Virus record (IMG/VR): IMGVR_UViG_3300032335_000862
Location: 1 to 28,458 of that record
DNA from: a virus
Lineage: Duplodnaviria; Caudoviricetes
Reading direction: 5' to 3' (one strand)
DNA length: 28,458 nucleotides
Program-made: the position numbers and the translations under genes
Shown here: positions 7,917 to 19,900 of the stretch, one piece after another
Position numbering within the stretch: position 1 is the stretch's first letter
How the letters are laid out: each line of letters begins with the position of its first letter
Notes under the pieces: generated by a model
Told to the model about the DNA's origin: nothing
The model's input: only the letters and a program-made list of their open reading frames with translations
Databases searched by the model: none

Positions 7917-10900
7917 GGTTCTTCCTCGACATTGACTCCATAACGGTCGACAAGGACGCGGGCGAGGTCGTCATTGACCGACTTCAGGCGTCGCTGACGG
8001 GTGTCTAGCGTCCTGTCGTCGATCTTCCTCTTGATGCGCCGTCCGATGCTCGGATCCTTCATCAGGGCCTTCATGTTGAACGGCAGGGGCATCTCAGGGA
8101 ACATGGCGTTCCATGCACGGATCTTCTGCTGCATCTCGACAATCTTTCCAGACGCAGCAAGCGTGGCAATCTCGTCCTTGTATGCGTCGATGGCTTCCTG
8201 CATCACGACGATCTTGTTGTACTCAAGGCTCTCAAGGCTTTCGCGAGTCGTGCGGAAGCCCATGACTCCACGAACCTGCTCTCCAAGAGTCTTCCTGAAT
8301 TTCAGACGGCCCTGCACATCGTACTGCTCCGAAGCACCAGACACGGCGTCGGTGAAGTTGAGGATCTGCTGGAAAGCCGGCGACGAGGCAAGAACAGCGT
8401 TGCCGACCTCTCTGAATCCACTCTGATAAACGGCGTCCTTGTTAGCAAGAGAGGTGTACACATCGCCGACAGCCGATAGCGTCGGTCCAGCGATGAAAGC
8501 GCCAAGCTGCTCGTAGGTCGTTCGTCCATATGGCTTCGGGAAGAGCACGATGGATCCGGAGATATCGACTCCAGCAGCAGATGGAAGACCCATGACAAGC
8601 ATGTTCGCCCAGTTGTCTCCGAGTTGCTCTCGGAGTTCTGCGTAGATGTCGTATCCGGTCGCCCTCTTCTTCTCGTCCAACGGCCATTCAAGTGCCCATG
8701 CAATGGCATCGAGCAGGAAGTAGACGGGAAGACCCTTTAGACCACCTGCCACGAGGAAGGTCGACATCCACCGCGCAAACATTGCTCCTCGCGTCCTTCT
8801 CGGGAGTAGTTCTCCAGTAACGGGATGGCGAGCGTGGATGATGTTCTGTGCAAGTCCAATCGACGACAACATGAACCGCTTGTACTGAAGCAGGGTTGCC
8901 CTTGTCGGTCCACGGAAGATCACAGGGTTGTTCGCCTTGGTGAAGGAGAACTGCGTCTGTGCAACGCGCAGCAGGGCATGCCGTGCTGCCTCGTTGTCTT
9001 CCATGCCTAGTTCCTCCTTCGCGTAGGTGTAGAACGCAAAGAAGGTGAAGTTCTGGTTCCTGCTCTCCGATCCAGCAATCGGAGACTTCTGCATGATCTT
9101 CTTGATCGGCTCGTAGACGCGCGTCAGCCATCCAGTTCCGCTTGTCATGCGGAACTCCTTGCCTTCAAACCATTCGCCATTGGGGCGGAGGTAGCCGTAC
9201 TTCGACAGCATCTCCTTTCCTTCGCGACCGTTGTACCGAGCCATGTAGGAGACGAACCTCTTGCCTCCAATGATCGGGAACACGGTCTGCAATGGCTGCA
9301 TGGAGTTGACGACCTGCTGACGGACAGTCCACAGCTGTCGCGCGACATTGACCGAGCGAACCATCTGAAGCCATCGACGAGTCGGAAGAGGTCCGACCAT
9401 TGTCCGAAGACCTGGGATCGACGCGATCAACCCATCAATCGCTTGCTCAAACTGACTTTGCTTGAAGGTCGTGGTGTAGTCCAGGGTGTCCTGGAAATGA
9501 GCAGCCCATCCGACATATCCCTGACGACGCAGATCTTCGATGGTCGCGGTCACATTGCGGCGCATGCGGTTGTAGTAGAGCCACTTGTAGTAGCCGGCAG
9601 TCTGTGCCTCCCATGCGCGCATGAAGTCCATGTCGAAGCCTTCCTTGCCCTTTCGCTCAAGGAGGGGTGCATAGAAACGCTGCTTTCCTTCGGTACGACC
9701 GATGCGACCGCGAAGCATTTCGTTGACGGCAGCACTTTCGACACCTGCCGCATCCTGAATGTGCTTGCGCAAGGCGTCATACTGCCGACCACTTACGCGA
9801 ACGACATCAGGTGGGACATAGGTCTGGATGTTGATCTCGATTCGACCGATGTCGTCCTTCGCGATTCCAGGCGGAGGATTCTTGCGGAAAGCAAGCAGGC
9901 GGCGAGTCATCTCTCCTTCGGTATTCGCCGTTGCCGTGCCACCGTCCATTGCAATGGACCGTCGAGCAGAACGGAGCGCCTGCTCGTCGGACTCTCCACG
10001 CGCCTTTGCATCCCGATACGCGCTCTTCGAGTACCAGAAGCCTTCGTATGAACCGAAGAACCCGTGGAAGATGTGCGAGAACTGACGGCCCCAGTCGTCC
10101 GGAACCATGACCTTGACGATTGCCTCGCGGGCCTCGTCAATGGTCATCATGTCTCCGGTGTCCGTGTCCATCACGAAGGTCTGGTACTCTCGGCGACCAG
10201 GTCCGTATCGAACACGCTCGATGGCCCAGTTTGCTCCGTTTTCTGCGGCGACACGAAGCAGGCGCTGCGTGCCCATGTACCGAACGATTTCCTTCGCAGA
10301 ATCACGCTTGGCGTTGATGATGCCAAGACGCTGATCCTCGTCGATTCGCTTGAACTCGCGAAGGATGTCAATGACATCGTCCGCAAGTCTGTTTCCAGAC
10401 TCGTCTACCCACTGGGAATCGGAGTTCGGCTTCGTTGGGTCGTAGAAGCGATCCATCAACTTGTAGAACTTCTTGCCGTTGTCGCTCCGATACTCGCGCG
10501 GCAACTTCGAGAAGAGATCCTTGCCCTGCTCGATGATTCCGTTCGTGACGCGCATGCGCTCAAGATCGGATGACACCATTTCCTCGGCAACAAACCGAAC
10601 TTGCCTATTTGCGGAAGACCATGCCGATGTGATCAACGGAAGCAGCCACCTGCGAATGACTCCCAGGTCGCCTTCCTTCTTGCGCGACACCACAGCGACT
10701 TCATCGGTCCTACCGAAGAACCGCTTGACTGCCGACATTGCTCCGCCACGAGGTTCAGGAGTCTCAAGTTCTGGCGGGAGTGCGACATCCGTGTCATCGG
10801 ACGACGAAATCATCTCTCGGCTTGGCTCACGAACCCTGCGAACTTCCGAAGTCTCGCTTGGAACTCGACCTTCCTCCCATGTCCATGACGGCATGAGTCC

Positions 10901-13900
10901 GGTCTTCTGGTCTGCAAAGACGGTTTCTGCAACAGGAGCAGTTTGATTCTTCTCTCCGTACGGACCGTAGTTCAACCACGAATTTTGTCCGCGAGTCTCG
11001 GATGTCAGGGCGGCGATTGCACTTCCCGTGAAGAGCCGCACATGCGCCTGCCATGCATTCTCTTCTCCTGCTGCTCGGAATCCACTTCCCTCGATTCCGT
11101 GACCGAGAGCATCGTGGACAGCTCGGAAGAGATCGTTGGCAAATACGCGCTTCATCTCTCCGTCTGGAGAGCCGTACGGCCACATGAGTCCAGTCTCGAC
11201 AAGAAGAGGATTGCCAGATGCATTGAAGTCGGAAGTTCCGAATCCAGCCTCTGTTGCAAACACGCCCATGCTCTTTGTCGCACGGAGATCACGCATGGCG
11301 TTCCACGGATTCCCAGCATATGGGTCCGTGTTCTCATCGAAGAACCAGAACTTGTAGCCGGCCTGTACAAGCGCGTCGTACTGATCGCGCAACTGACTGA
11401 TCAGGTTCTCGTAGGCTTCCTTGACGACGGGATCGTTTGGTGCATGAGGCATCGCCTCGTACGCTGCCGCGATCCTACGAGCGCGATCCTCGTCAACAGA
11501 AGCGTAGTAAGCCTGACGCTTGAGATCTATTCCTCGATCTCTGGCGTAGGACTCTGCGACGGCGATGAGGTTTGGGTCTGGTCCTGACGCGCCCTTGATG
11601 CTCGGCGCACCTTCAAGCGGCGCAAGGCTTCGTACCGAAGCCCTTCCTGCTCCGTCTCCGGTCCCGTAAGCCCGTTCTCGTTCTTCATTGGTTTCTCCTG
11701 CCAGTTCTTGGCTTGGCTCCCTGACCCTGATCGGTTCAGGGCCGTCGTTCGGGAAGATGTTTTCTACAGCTCGTCGATGCTGTCGAAGGACCTCTTCAGG
11801 GACGACTCTTTCTGCGATGGCATCGGTTCCTTCAGGGTATCCATCGGCAGGTTCGTCGCCCACACGCTCTGAGCCTCCGAATCCTGACTCGATTCCAACT
11901 GCTTCAGCAGCAACTGCCTGAACGGATCGCGATTCAACTGGTTGCCCTGACCGGAAATCAGAGAACGCAGCCACTCCTTGTTTGTCATCTGGGACTCCTT
12001 CGAGGCCATAGGTAATTGATTCGACAGCCATTGCCTTGGCGGCGTCGTTGATGATCTTGCGCTTGTGGAGATCGGACAAGTGACTGGTCAACTTGTCCGT
12101 TCGCAGGCGCATGATCTCGTCCTGGGAAGCAGTCGTGGCATCCGATGACCGCATTGCGTTGGCGCGGATTGCGGGATCGGTTTCTGCTGCATAGTGGATG
12201 CGAAGTCCGATACCGGGCTTCGCAACCTTTACTCCGTTTCGATCAACGCGAGGATCCGTGAGGATCTCGATGTGCCATCCTGGATTCTCGCCTTCAATCT
12301 GAACGGCAAGTCCAGTTGCCTCTTCAATGGACCGAGGGGATGTGAAGTTGACCGTGAATGCAGGTCGTGAGTTCGGGGTCTTCTCGATTCCAAATGGGAT
12401 CGTCTGCGTGACCGTGACGCGAGAGGTAGATCCTGCTTCGCGAATTGCACCAGCGATCTTCTCTGCAAAATCGTTCGTGTCGAACTGCTTGTACCTGACA
12501 GTCATGCCAAGGCCAATCCGACGACCTGCCGTAGACCGCTGATCTCCGTTGTACTGAATGGAGATGACCGACTTGTCGTTCTTGAGTTGGCTGATCAACT
12601 TGCCAAGGACGGAGCTGTCAGGCTCGATGTCGGTCGTATCGATGCTTGTTTCGATGAGAGTCAGCGGATCGCGGTCATGCGAACGCTCGAACGATCCGGC
12701 CTGTCCTGCGGAACTTGTCCATCCATTGGTGTTCCAGAGATCCTTTTCGGCAAACCACAGGAGTGCCTGGAGGTTCATCGGATCCATGCCAAGTTCGCGA
12801 GCAGCATCGTGCATAATTGACTGCGCGAATGCATACTCGCCGCTGATGGTGTCGATGTTCCCGCCCTGCACCTCTCCCTTCACGGATGTTTCCGCATAGG
12901 CAGGGATCCTCGGAAGTCCAAGCGCTGAACGCAACGCTCGCGCTGCCCAGAGATCGATGGTTGCGTTTGTTCCGAGTCCGGACAGATTGCTGAAGAAGGT
13001 GTGTACCTTCGGGCTTGAGATGTTCGTGGCCCAGATTCCAGCCATCACATTCAACGCTGGCTTGGAGTTGATGCCGAACTTTCGCGTGACCGAGATGGTT
13101 GCACCTTCGACAAGACGACCGCGTCGATCAAACGCCATCGGATTGTTGGCACGAACTGCTTCAGTCCATTCCTTGCGTGCCTTTGCGTAGCCGCGGCTGT
13201 TGCCCTTGAAGTCTTCCTTCGACGGACCATACGCCTTCACAAGGTGCGTCATGGTCATAAACAACTTCGGCTTCGGATAGATCAGCTTGCCTTCCTTGTC
13301 CTCATACGGATCGGACGGGAATGGCTTGCCCTGCGTCACGAGAATGTCTCGGAACGGAGTCGGACCCGTGTAGACGCCAAGGTCGGCTCGCCTCTTTGCA
13401 AGCACCTTTCGGATCTTGTCCTTCTTCGCCGGGTACTTTCGTCCCGTCTGACGACGCAACTTGGCCAGTTCCTTGTCGCGAAGGTCAATCTGTGCATTGA
13501 CTTCGTTGAGCGCGGCGATGCGGTCTGAGTCCGTGACCCAATCGACATAACGAGCGATCAGCGCGTCGTATTTGCCCTCGGTGAAGTTGCGCATTGCCTC
13601 GACCGCATACTTGTAGTTCGTATCGGCCGGAGTCTGCGGACTGAGTGCTGCTAGCAGCTCAGAGAACATGATCTGGTGATTGCCAAACGCCGTGCGGAGG
13701 CGGTCAAAGATCTCGTTATACCAGCGATTTTCGCGAATGATCCGCTGGGCGCTTTCATCTCCAGCCGCCGCTCGTGCGTTGAGATCGTTCACGCGGTCAA
13801 CAAGCCGCTTGGCAGCATTCTTGCGAGTCTGCTCTCGACGGCGTTCATTGCGGGCCTCTGCCTTCGTCCGCTTTTCATCACGGAGTCCGGTGAGGCTTTC

Positions 13901-16900
13901 TTGTTCGCCAAAAAGACCCCACCCAATCGTTCCCGTATCAAAGTCGATTCCGCCGTCGACAATCCGAATCGAACGAACAGGAGGAACAATCCAGCCAGGA
14001 TCTCCCGCCTTTCGGTTTGCGTTGTCGATGATCTGAGGACCAAAAAGATCGTTGGCAATGACGCGCAGCAGGAACTCAAGGGTCGAACGGCTTGCGCCCG
14101 TAGCCTTGGAAGACGAGAGGACAGACTCGATGGCCTCCTCTTGATCCTTCTCAAGCGGACGAGAGAACTTCAGGGCGTCATCAAGATCCTCGCCGACGAT
14201 GCGTTGCGCCGAGTAGATCGCGGCATCCATGAACTTCTTGCCGGTTGCGGTCATCGAAGCATACGAAGGATCCGCGGTGATAGCGGTTTCGTTGATGGAC
14301 AGCCTGTGAGCGCGATCATCGATGGCGGCGAACCGCTCGATGTTTTCCTTGTAGTAGTTCTTCGCGCTCGTCCGCTGCGGATTGACCGACTTGTCGCGAA
14401 GCATTGCGGACTCGACAACTCGCTTGGAAACAACCCATGCGTTGGCGAGTTTGATGCCAATGAGTTTCAGGGTCTTACCGCCAAACGACTTTGCGGAGAC
14501 ATCTCGTGCGTCCTGCTCTGCAATGACCGTGTCTTCATCAGGATCCGAATCGTTAGATGGATCGTCGACGATGTTCTCGATGCTGAGTTGGTAGTAGGCG
14601 GACGACTGGACCGGTCTTGTGGCAGGTACGCCTGGAAGCACGGCGGCTGCGGTAGGTTCGATGGTCTGAAGACCTGCCCGCATTGTCGATGCAATGGCAA
14701 ACGGGCGCATTGCTTCATTTGCCGCAAGGATGAGATCGACAAGCGCGTCAAGCGCCTCTTCAGATCCACGCTTATCGGCAAGCACTCGAACCTGACGCCC
14801 GACCTCGATGTCGTACTCCAGCGTTCCTTCGCCGCTAGGCTGCTTGCCCTTTCCAACAGTCCCCTGATATGCGTCTTCAGCAGTACCCATGAGGATCCGA
14901 AGTTCCGATGCCATCAGGGCCATTCGGTTTCCGACTTCCTCTGCCGTCTCTGGAGTTGCAACAAGCGATGCAAGAGCCAGCGTCTTGAAGTCGCTAGACG
15001 GTTCTGCAATCGGCCCAAATCCAGCCGAATCAAGTGCGTCCTTGGCCGTTTGCGCAGCGGATTCCGCCCATCCCTTCTTTCCGAACTTCTTTGCAACGCT
15101 GATCATCAGGTCCGTCGCGTGATTCACGGAAGCGACAATCCACGAGAACGCAAGCGGAGCCTTCTTGCGCGCCTTTGCTTCGGCAACAATCGTTCCGAGG
15201 ACGACATGCAACTCTGCTGGATCGGAAAGAATGAGCGCGGACATCTTCGCGGCGATGCGAACGGCGCGTTCTTCGTTCATCTGCCCGCGGGAGTAGCCGT
15301 GCAACTTGAGTGCGGCCATGATGAGGTCGTACAGCTCCGGAGACTGCTTCTCGATCCTCTCAAGGATCTTTTCATGGTCGGCAGTAGTGCGGAGTGCTGC
15401 GGAAGCGCCAAAGTCGAACTCCTTTCCGATCAAGAGTGCATGCCACATCTCATGCATCAGCGTGTCGAAAAGGCCAGCACGCTGACGGCTTTGCTGATCC
15501 GATCCAGCGCCTGTTTCCTTGATCATGTTCTGCGTGTACATGATCACGGGCATGCTCAACATGAACTCGTCATCTTGGAGCGGAACATCAGGAGCCGCAG
15601 AAGAAAGGGAATAGGAAACAGTTCCGTCTGCTGCCCGACGAGAAGTCATGCGCACATTCATCGACATGTATGGGTCGAAGAGTCCGTGCGTCCTTCCGCC
15701 CTTGTGGGCCGTCGTTTCAACGACCAAGATGCCGTTCGAGTTGGCAATGTTGATCGGGTTTGACTCTGGCTGGTATCCAAGGCGCTTTCCAAGTTCGCTG
15801 CTGTTTGCAAAGCGGTGCTGGTTCCCACCAAGCGAGGCAAGACGAGAGATGTTTGCCTGACCATCATGGGCGAACTCAGCGCCCATCGATCCACTTGCAA
15901 CAAGATGATGGGAAGGACTCTTGAATCCACTTGCCTTCATCGAACCAAGCGCATCCTGAGCGGCCTTTGTCGCCTCTGCAATCTGGCTTCTAGTCAGCCG
16001 CGGCTGCGCGCTCTGATCGATGTAATCAAGATCTCCCGGTTGAGCGCTCGAAGATGCGCCCATCGCCTCGTAGATGCCAGCAGGAGACAGGAAGTTAGAG
16101 ACGCTGTGCCGAAGGATGGTGAACAACGGCTCCATCGGCTTGGGAATGAGCGAGCGCTTCGTAGCGCTTCTCTTCTTCCATAGGGTTCCGGGCATCTTGT
16201 CCGGTTCCGTTGGCGGCATTCGTTCGCCCGCATAAGCAGCAAGCGGTTGGTCGGCAGATTCCAGCGTCGCACCTTCTGCGGCAAGATCTGCTCCGTATGC
16301 CTGGGCTTGCAAGACATCGGTAGCGCTGATCTGCGCAATTCCAAGCCTCATCGACCCATCGCTGTCTTCGTAGATGTCGAAGAACCCGCTGTTGACAAGA
16401 GCGTCTCGGTCAGCCTTGTCCAACTTGGCGTACAGCTCCTTGCCAATCTCGATGCGGTTGGATCGCGAGGATTGGAATGAATTCACCAACCATGCTGGAG
16501 TTGCGACGGCGCGCATTCCACCCTTTGAAGGCATTGCCGCAATGATGAGTGCGGCATTTGAAGCCGCATTATCAAGTGCCAATTCCTTGTCGTAGGAAGC
16601 CTCCCATACCTGCGCAATCAGCCCAGTCCTAGCACCGTTCGTTATCTTGTTGATGCTGAACGCGGGAGACGGGGTGTTAGTTGGACGATTCCCGACCATG
16701 TTGTACATGACGCGGGCAATCGTCCTAATCCTGTTCCTGCGCCGAGTAGCCTGATCAAGTCGAGAGGCAGGGACAGCCCTTGTTCCCTTAGGCTTGGCAG
16801 GAACAGGAGTGATAGGGGCGGAAGGGGCTACCGGAGCAGCAGGAGACAAGTCTCCTCCATCGGGAGGAGTTGGAGCGCCTGCTTCTACCGCTGAATCTCC

Positions 16901-19900
16901 GCCAGCGGATTTGCTGAAGGTTCCATCGGCATTCGCAGTCAGGTATCCGATTCCAACAAGGATTGAAGTGCCAAACTCCGGATAGCCGGCGGCATTCCAT
17001 TCATCCTGCGTGAACGAATCTCCGTTTCGGATTTTGGCTAGAAGACTCCTGTTTGCTTCCGTGTACGGATTGAAGGCATCATCAAGACCTCCAATCGCAA
17101 CGCTGATGTCAGACATTGTCGCCTGATCTTCAGCGCTCAATGCCTCTACAGCAGGCGTGATTTCCGTAGGAGTTTCTGGAGTTGGCTCGGGAGCAGGGGC
17201 AGCAGGAGCCTCCGTGGGAGCTGCTTCAACAGGAGGGGTTGCGGGAGTTGGCTCGGGAGCAGGGGCTGGCGCTGGAGCAGGAGTTGCAGTTCCCTTTGGA
17301 GCCTTGGGAGCAGGAGCGGGCTTTGGGGTTGCAACGAGATTCTCGCGCGACTTGAGTTCAATCCACTTTGCTTCCTGCTTTGCACGGGTTTCAGGCGTGA
17401 GAGGCCGACCATCGGTCAGGGATGTCTCGATGCGGGCAAGCGTGTCCTTTTCGCCAGCGGTGAGTGGCTTTCCTGATGTGGCAGGAGTGAACGCCGGAAG
17501 CGCAGGAGCCTTGAAGGTTCCCGGAAGGCGGTCGCGCGCTTCAAGGAGGTCGATCTCGTCCTTGAGGCGCTTCTTTTGGTCCTCGGTTGTCGTTGGGGAA
17601 AAGAAAGCCTTTCTCTTGATGTTGAGTTGCTCTTTCTCGTATGGAGAGAGAGGACCAAGATCTTCCGGCTTCGGCGGAGCAGGAGGCGGAGTGGGTGCTG
17701 GCTTTGGAGCAGGAGCGGGCGCTGGGGCAGGGGCGGGTTTGACAATCCCCTCGCGCGCCTTCAGCTTCTTGTACTCCTCTTCCCATGCAAGACGCTTCTC
17801 AGACTTGAGCGGCCTGCCATCTGTCAGGGCGGCAACAATCTGCTTGAGACGGTTGGTTTCTCCTGTCGAAAGCGGCTTTCCGGCGGGATCGGGAGTCACC
17901 GTTGGAAGTGCGGGCGCAGCCCAGGTCTTTGCGCTTCGAGAGCGGCGCTCAAGAAGATCGACTTCTGCCGTCAGTCGCGCCTTGTCCTTTGCGTCGGTTC
18001 GTGGATCGGCAACAGCAGCCTTCTTGATTCCAAGTTGCTCCTTCTCGTACGGAGACAACGGTTCAAGATCCTCATCCTTCGTGCCGAAAACCTTCCGCAC
18101 GACAAGTTCCTGACGCTCGCGAAGCATCTTCAGAAGATCTGCACCCTTCGGACGCTTCGTTTCGTCCTCAAGAGCAGCATCGATCTCATCGAGACGGGCC
18201 TGTTCGGCAGGACTCAACGCAGCAGGCGCGGTCTTCGGAGCGGCAAACTTTCCACCCTTGGCGGATGCCCGCATCATCTTCTCAAGCAACTCGGCCCGCT
18301 TCTTCGGATCAGAAAGAACCGATTCCATTGCCTTTGCGAGGGCGGGATCGGTGAAGAGACGGGCGATGTTCTTCGCGCTAGCAGCGACACCAGGAGTGCC
18401 GAGAATGATCTGCACGGCATCAGGATTGATGGTGACAAGCTTTTCTACTTCTGCTTCATCAAGAGCAGAGAGTTTGGCTGCATCAATTCCAGAGTTGTCG
18501 ACGGCAATCGGCTTCTTGGTCTTGCGATCAACAAGGTCAAGACCATCAAAAATGCTGCGCTTGCCGTCTGCGGAAGGCTTGGTTGCTTCTGCGGCCTTTT
18601 TCGGCTCTTCAACTGGCTTGACGGCGTCTGCTGGAACGGGAAGTCCGCGACGCTGAAGTTCTTTGACCGCATCAAGCGGGTTTACGATGAGGCGCTGATC
18701 TTTTCGGCCTGGAGCAACACCAGCGCGAGTCTCATCGGTTTCATCAAGAACCTTCTTCCCGCGAGCTGCTGCTTCAAGTTGTTCCTGAGAAAGATCGGCA
18801 GCATTTCCAGCGCTACCGAGATACTGGCGCTCCTTGACGATGTCAGGGTTTTCAGAAACACCGCGTTCAAATGCATTCCATGCACGCTGACGCTCGTCGA
18901 GGTTTTGCCTCCACCGACTCAGATCCGTTGCCTGAACAATCTTTCCCGCGACAGCGCCGCCTCCTGCGCCACCGAGAACATTGCCAGCAAACTGCGTGAG
19001 GACTTCACTCCAAGCCTGCTCTTTGATCTTGGGGTCATCACTCGTCAGATTGCGATAGAGTTCTGCTCGACGCAGCGGATCACCGCCAGATGCGCCCCAT
19101 GTCGCGATCTGCACCATCGTTCCAAGCGCATCTTCTGCAACCTCCTGAAATCCCTCTGCCGCAGCGCCAGCAGCGACCTTTCGGATGATGTACGGATTTG
19201 AACTGAATCGTTTGACCGTATCTGCAACGGCGGCCTTCGACAGGATTTGAGCGGCAGCCTGCTGTTGCCTTCCGAAAATCGCGCCTGCGGGGATGGCCTG
19301 AAGGATCGTGGAACTGATTCCGTAGAGCGCCGCGTCAACGGAGGCAATAGCGCGCGCTCCTTCCTGGTCGTATCCGCTTTGCAGGGCTTTGAGATAAGAC
19401 TGGTTGTACGCTCCGCCAGCCGCTTGAACGCCAGCGCTGCCGACAAACATTGGAATTGCGCCAGAGCCTCCAGTGAGAAGGGCAAGTCCGAGGGCAACGC
19501 CAAGTTGTCCGACACCATCTCCCATTGCATTCAGAACCTGAACTGTCTGGTCCGAAGACCCAGTCATGTTCTGCTTGCCAAGCTCGAGGATTCCAGAGAT
19601 GTTGTTGAAGAAGGTTGCTGTCGCTTCTCCTGTCGTTCCCTGCTGAAATCCAAAAATGTCCTCAGACCATGCCTCAAGTCCGCTTCCGAGCAGCGAAGCA
19701 AATCCGCTGATGGACTGGAGTCCACTCAGTACTCCGGAAGGAATGGACAATGCAACGCCGCGGACTTTTCCAGCACCTCCAGTACGCTGGATCTCAAGCG
19801 TCTTTTCTTCAATCGAACGCTGGATCCACGCTCCCCATTCGCCACGCTTGATCGCATCTTCTTGTTCGACTCGCTTGCGAACAGCATCCTTGAGATCAAG

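Noticed and set aside
7704-7943. 79-aa + strand ORF after the decoration gene
   Set aside because: Runs through the terminator palindrome and is antisense to the better-supported RHH-like gene.
9002-9160. In-frame Met codons with strong SD-like sequences (9004, 9148) suggesting C-terminal isoforms of the giant protein
   Set aside because: Explained by Lys-Glu codons (AAG GAG). No independent evidence of internal initiation.
11005-11069. AGGAG-N6-ATG in +1 frame at 11058 (similar cases at 8319 and 17079)
   Set aside because: Open only 5-17 codons. The 11058 case arises from the GEENAW codons. They show that SD+ATG alone can occur by chance.
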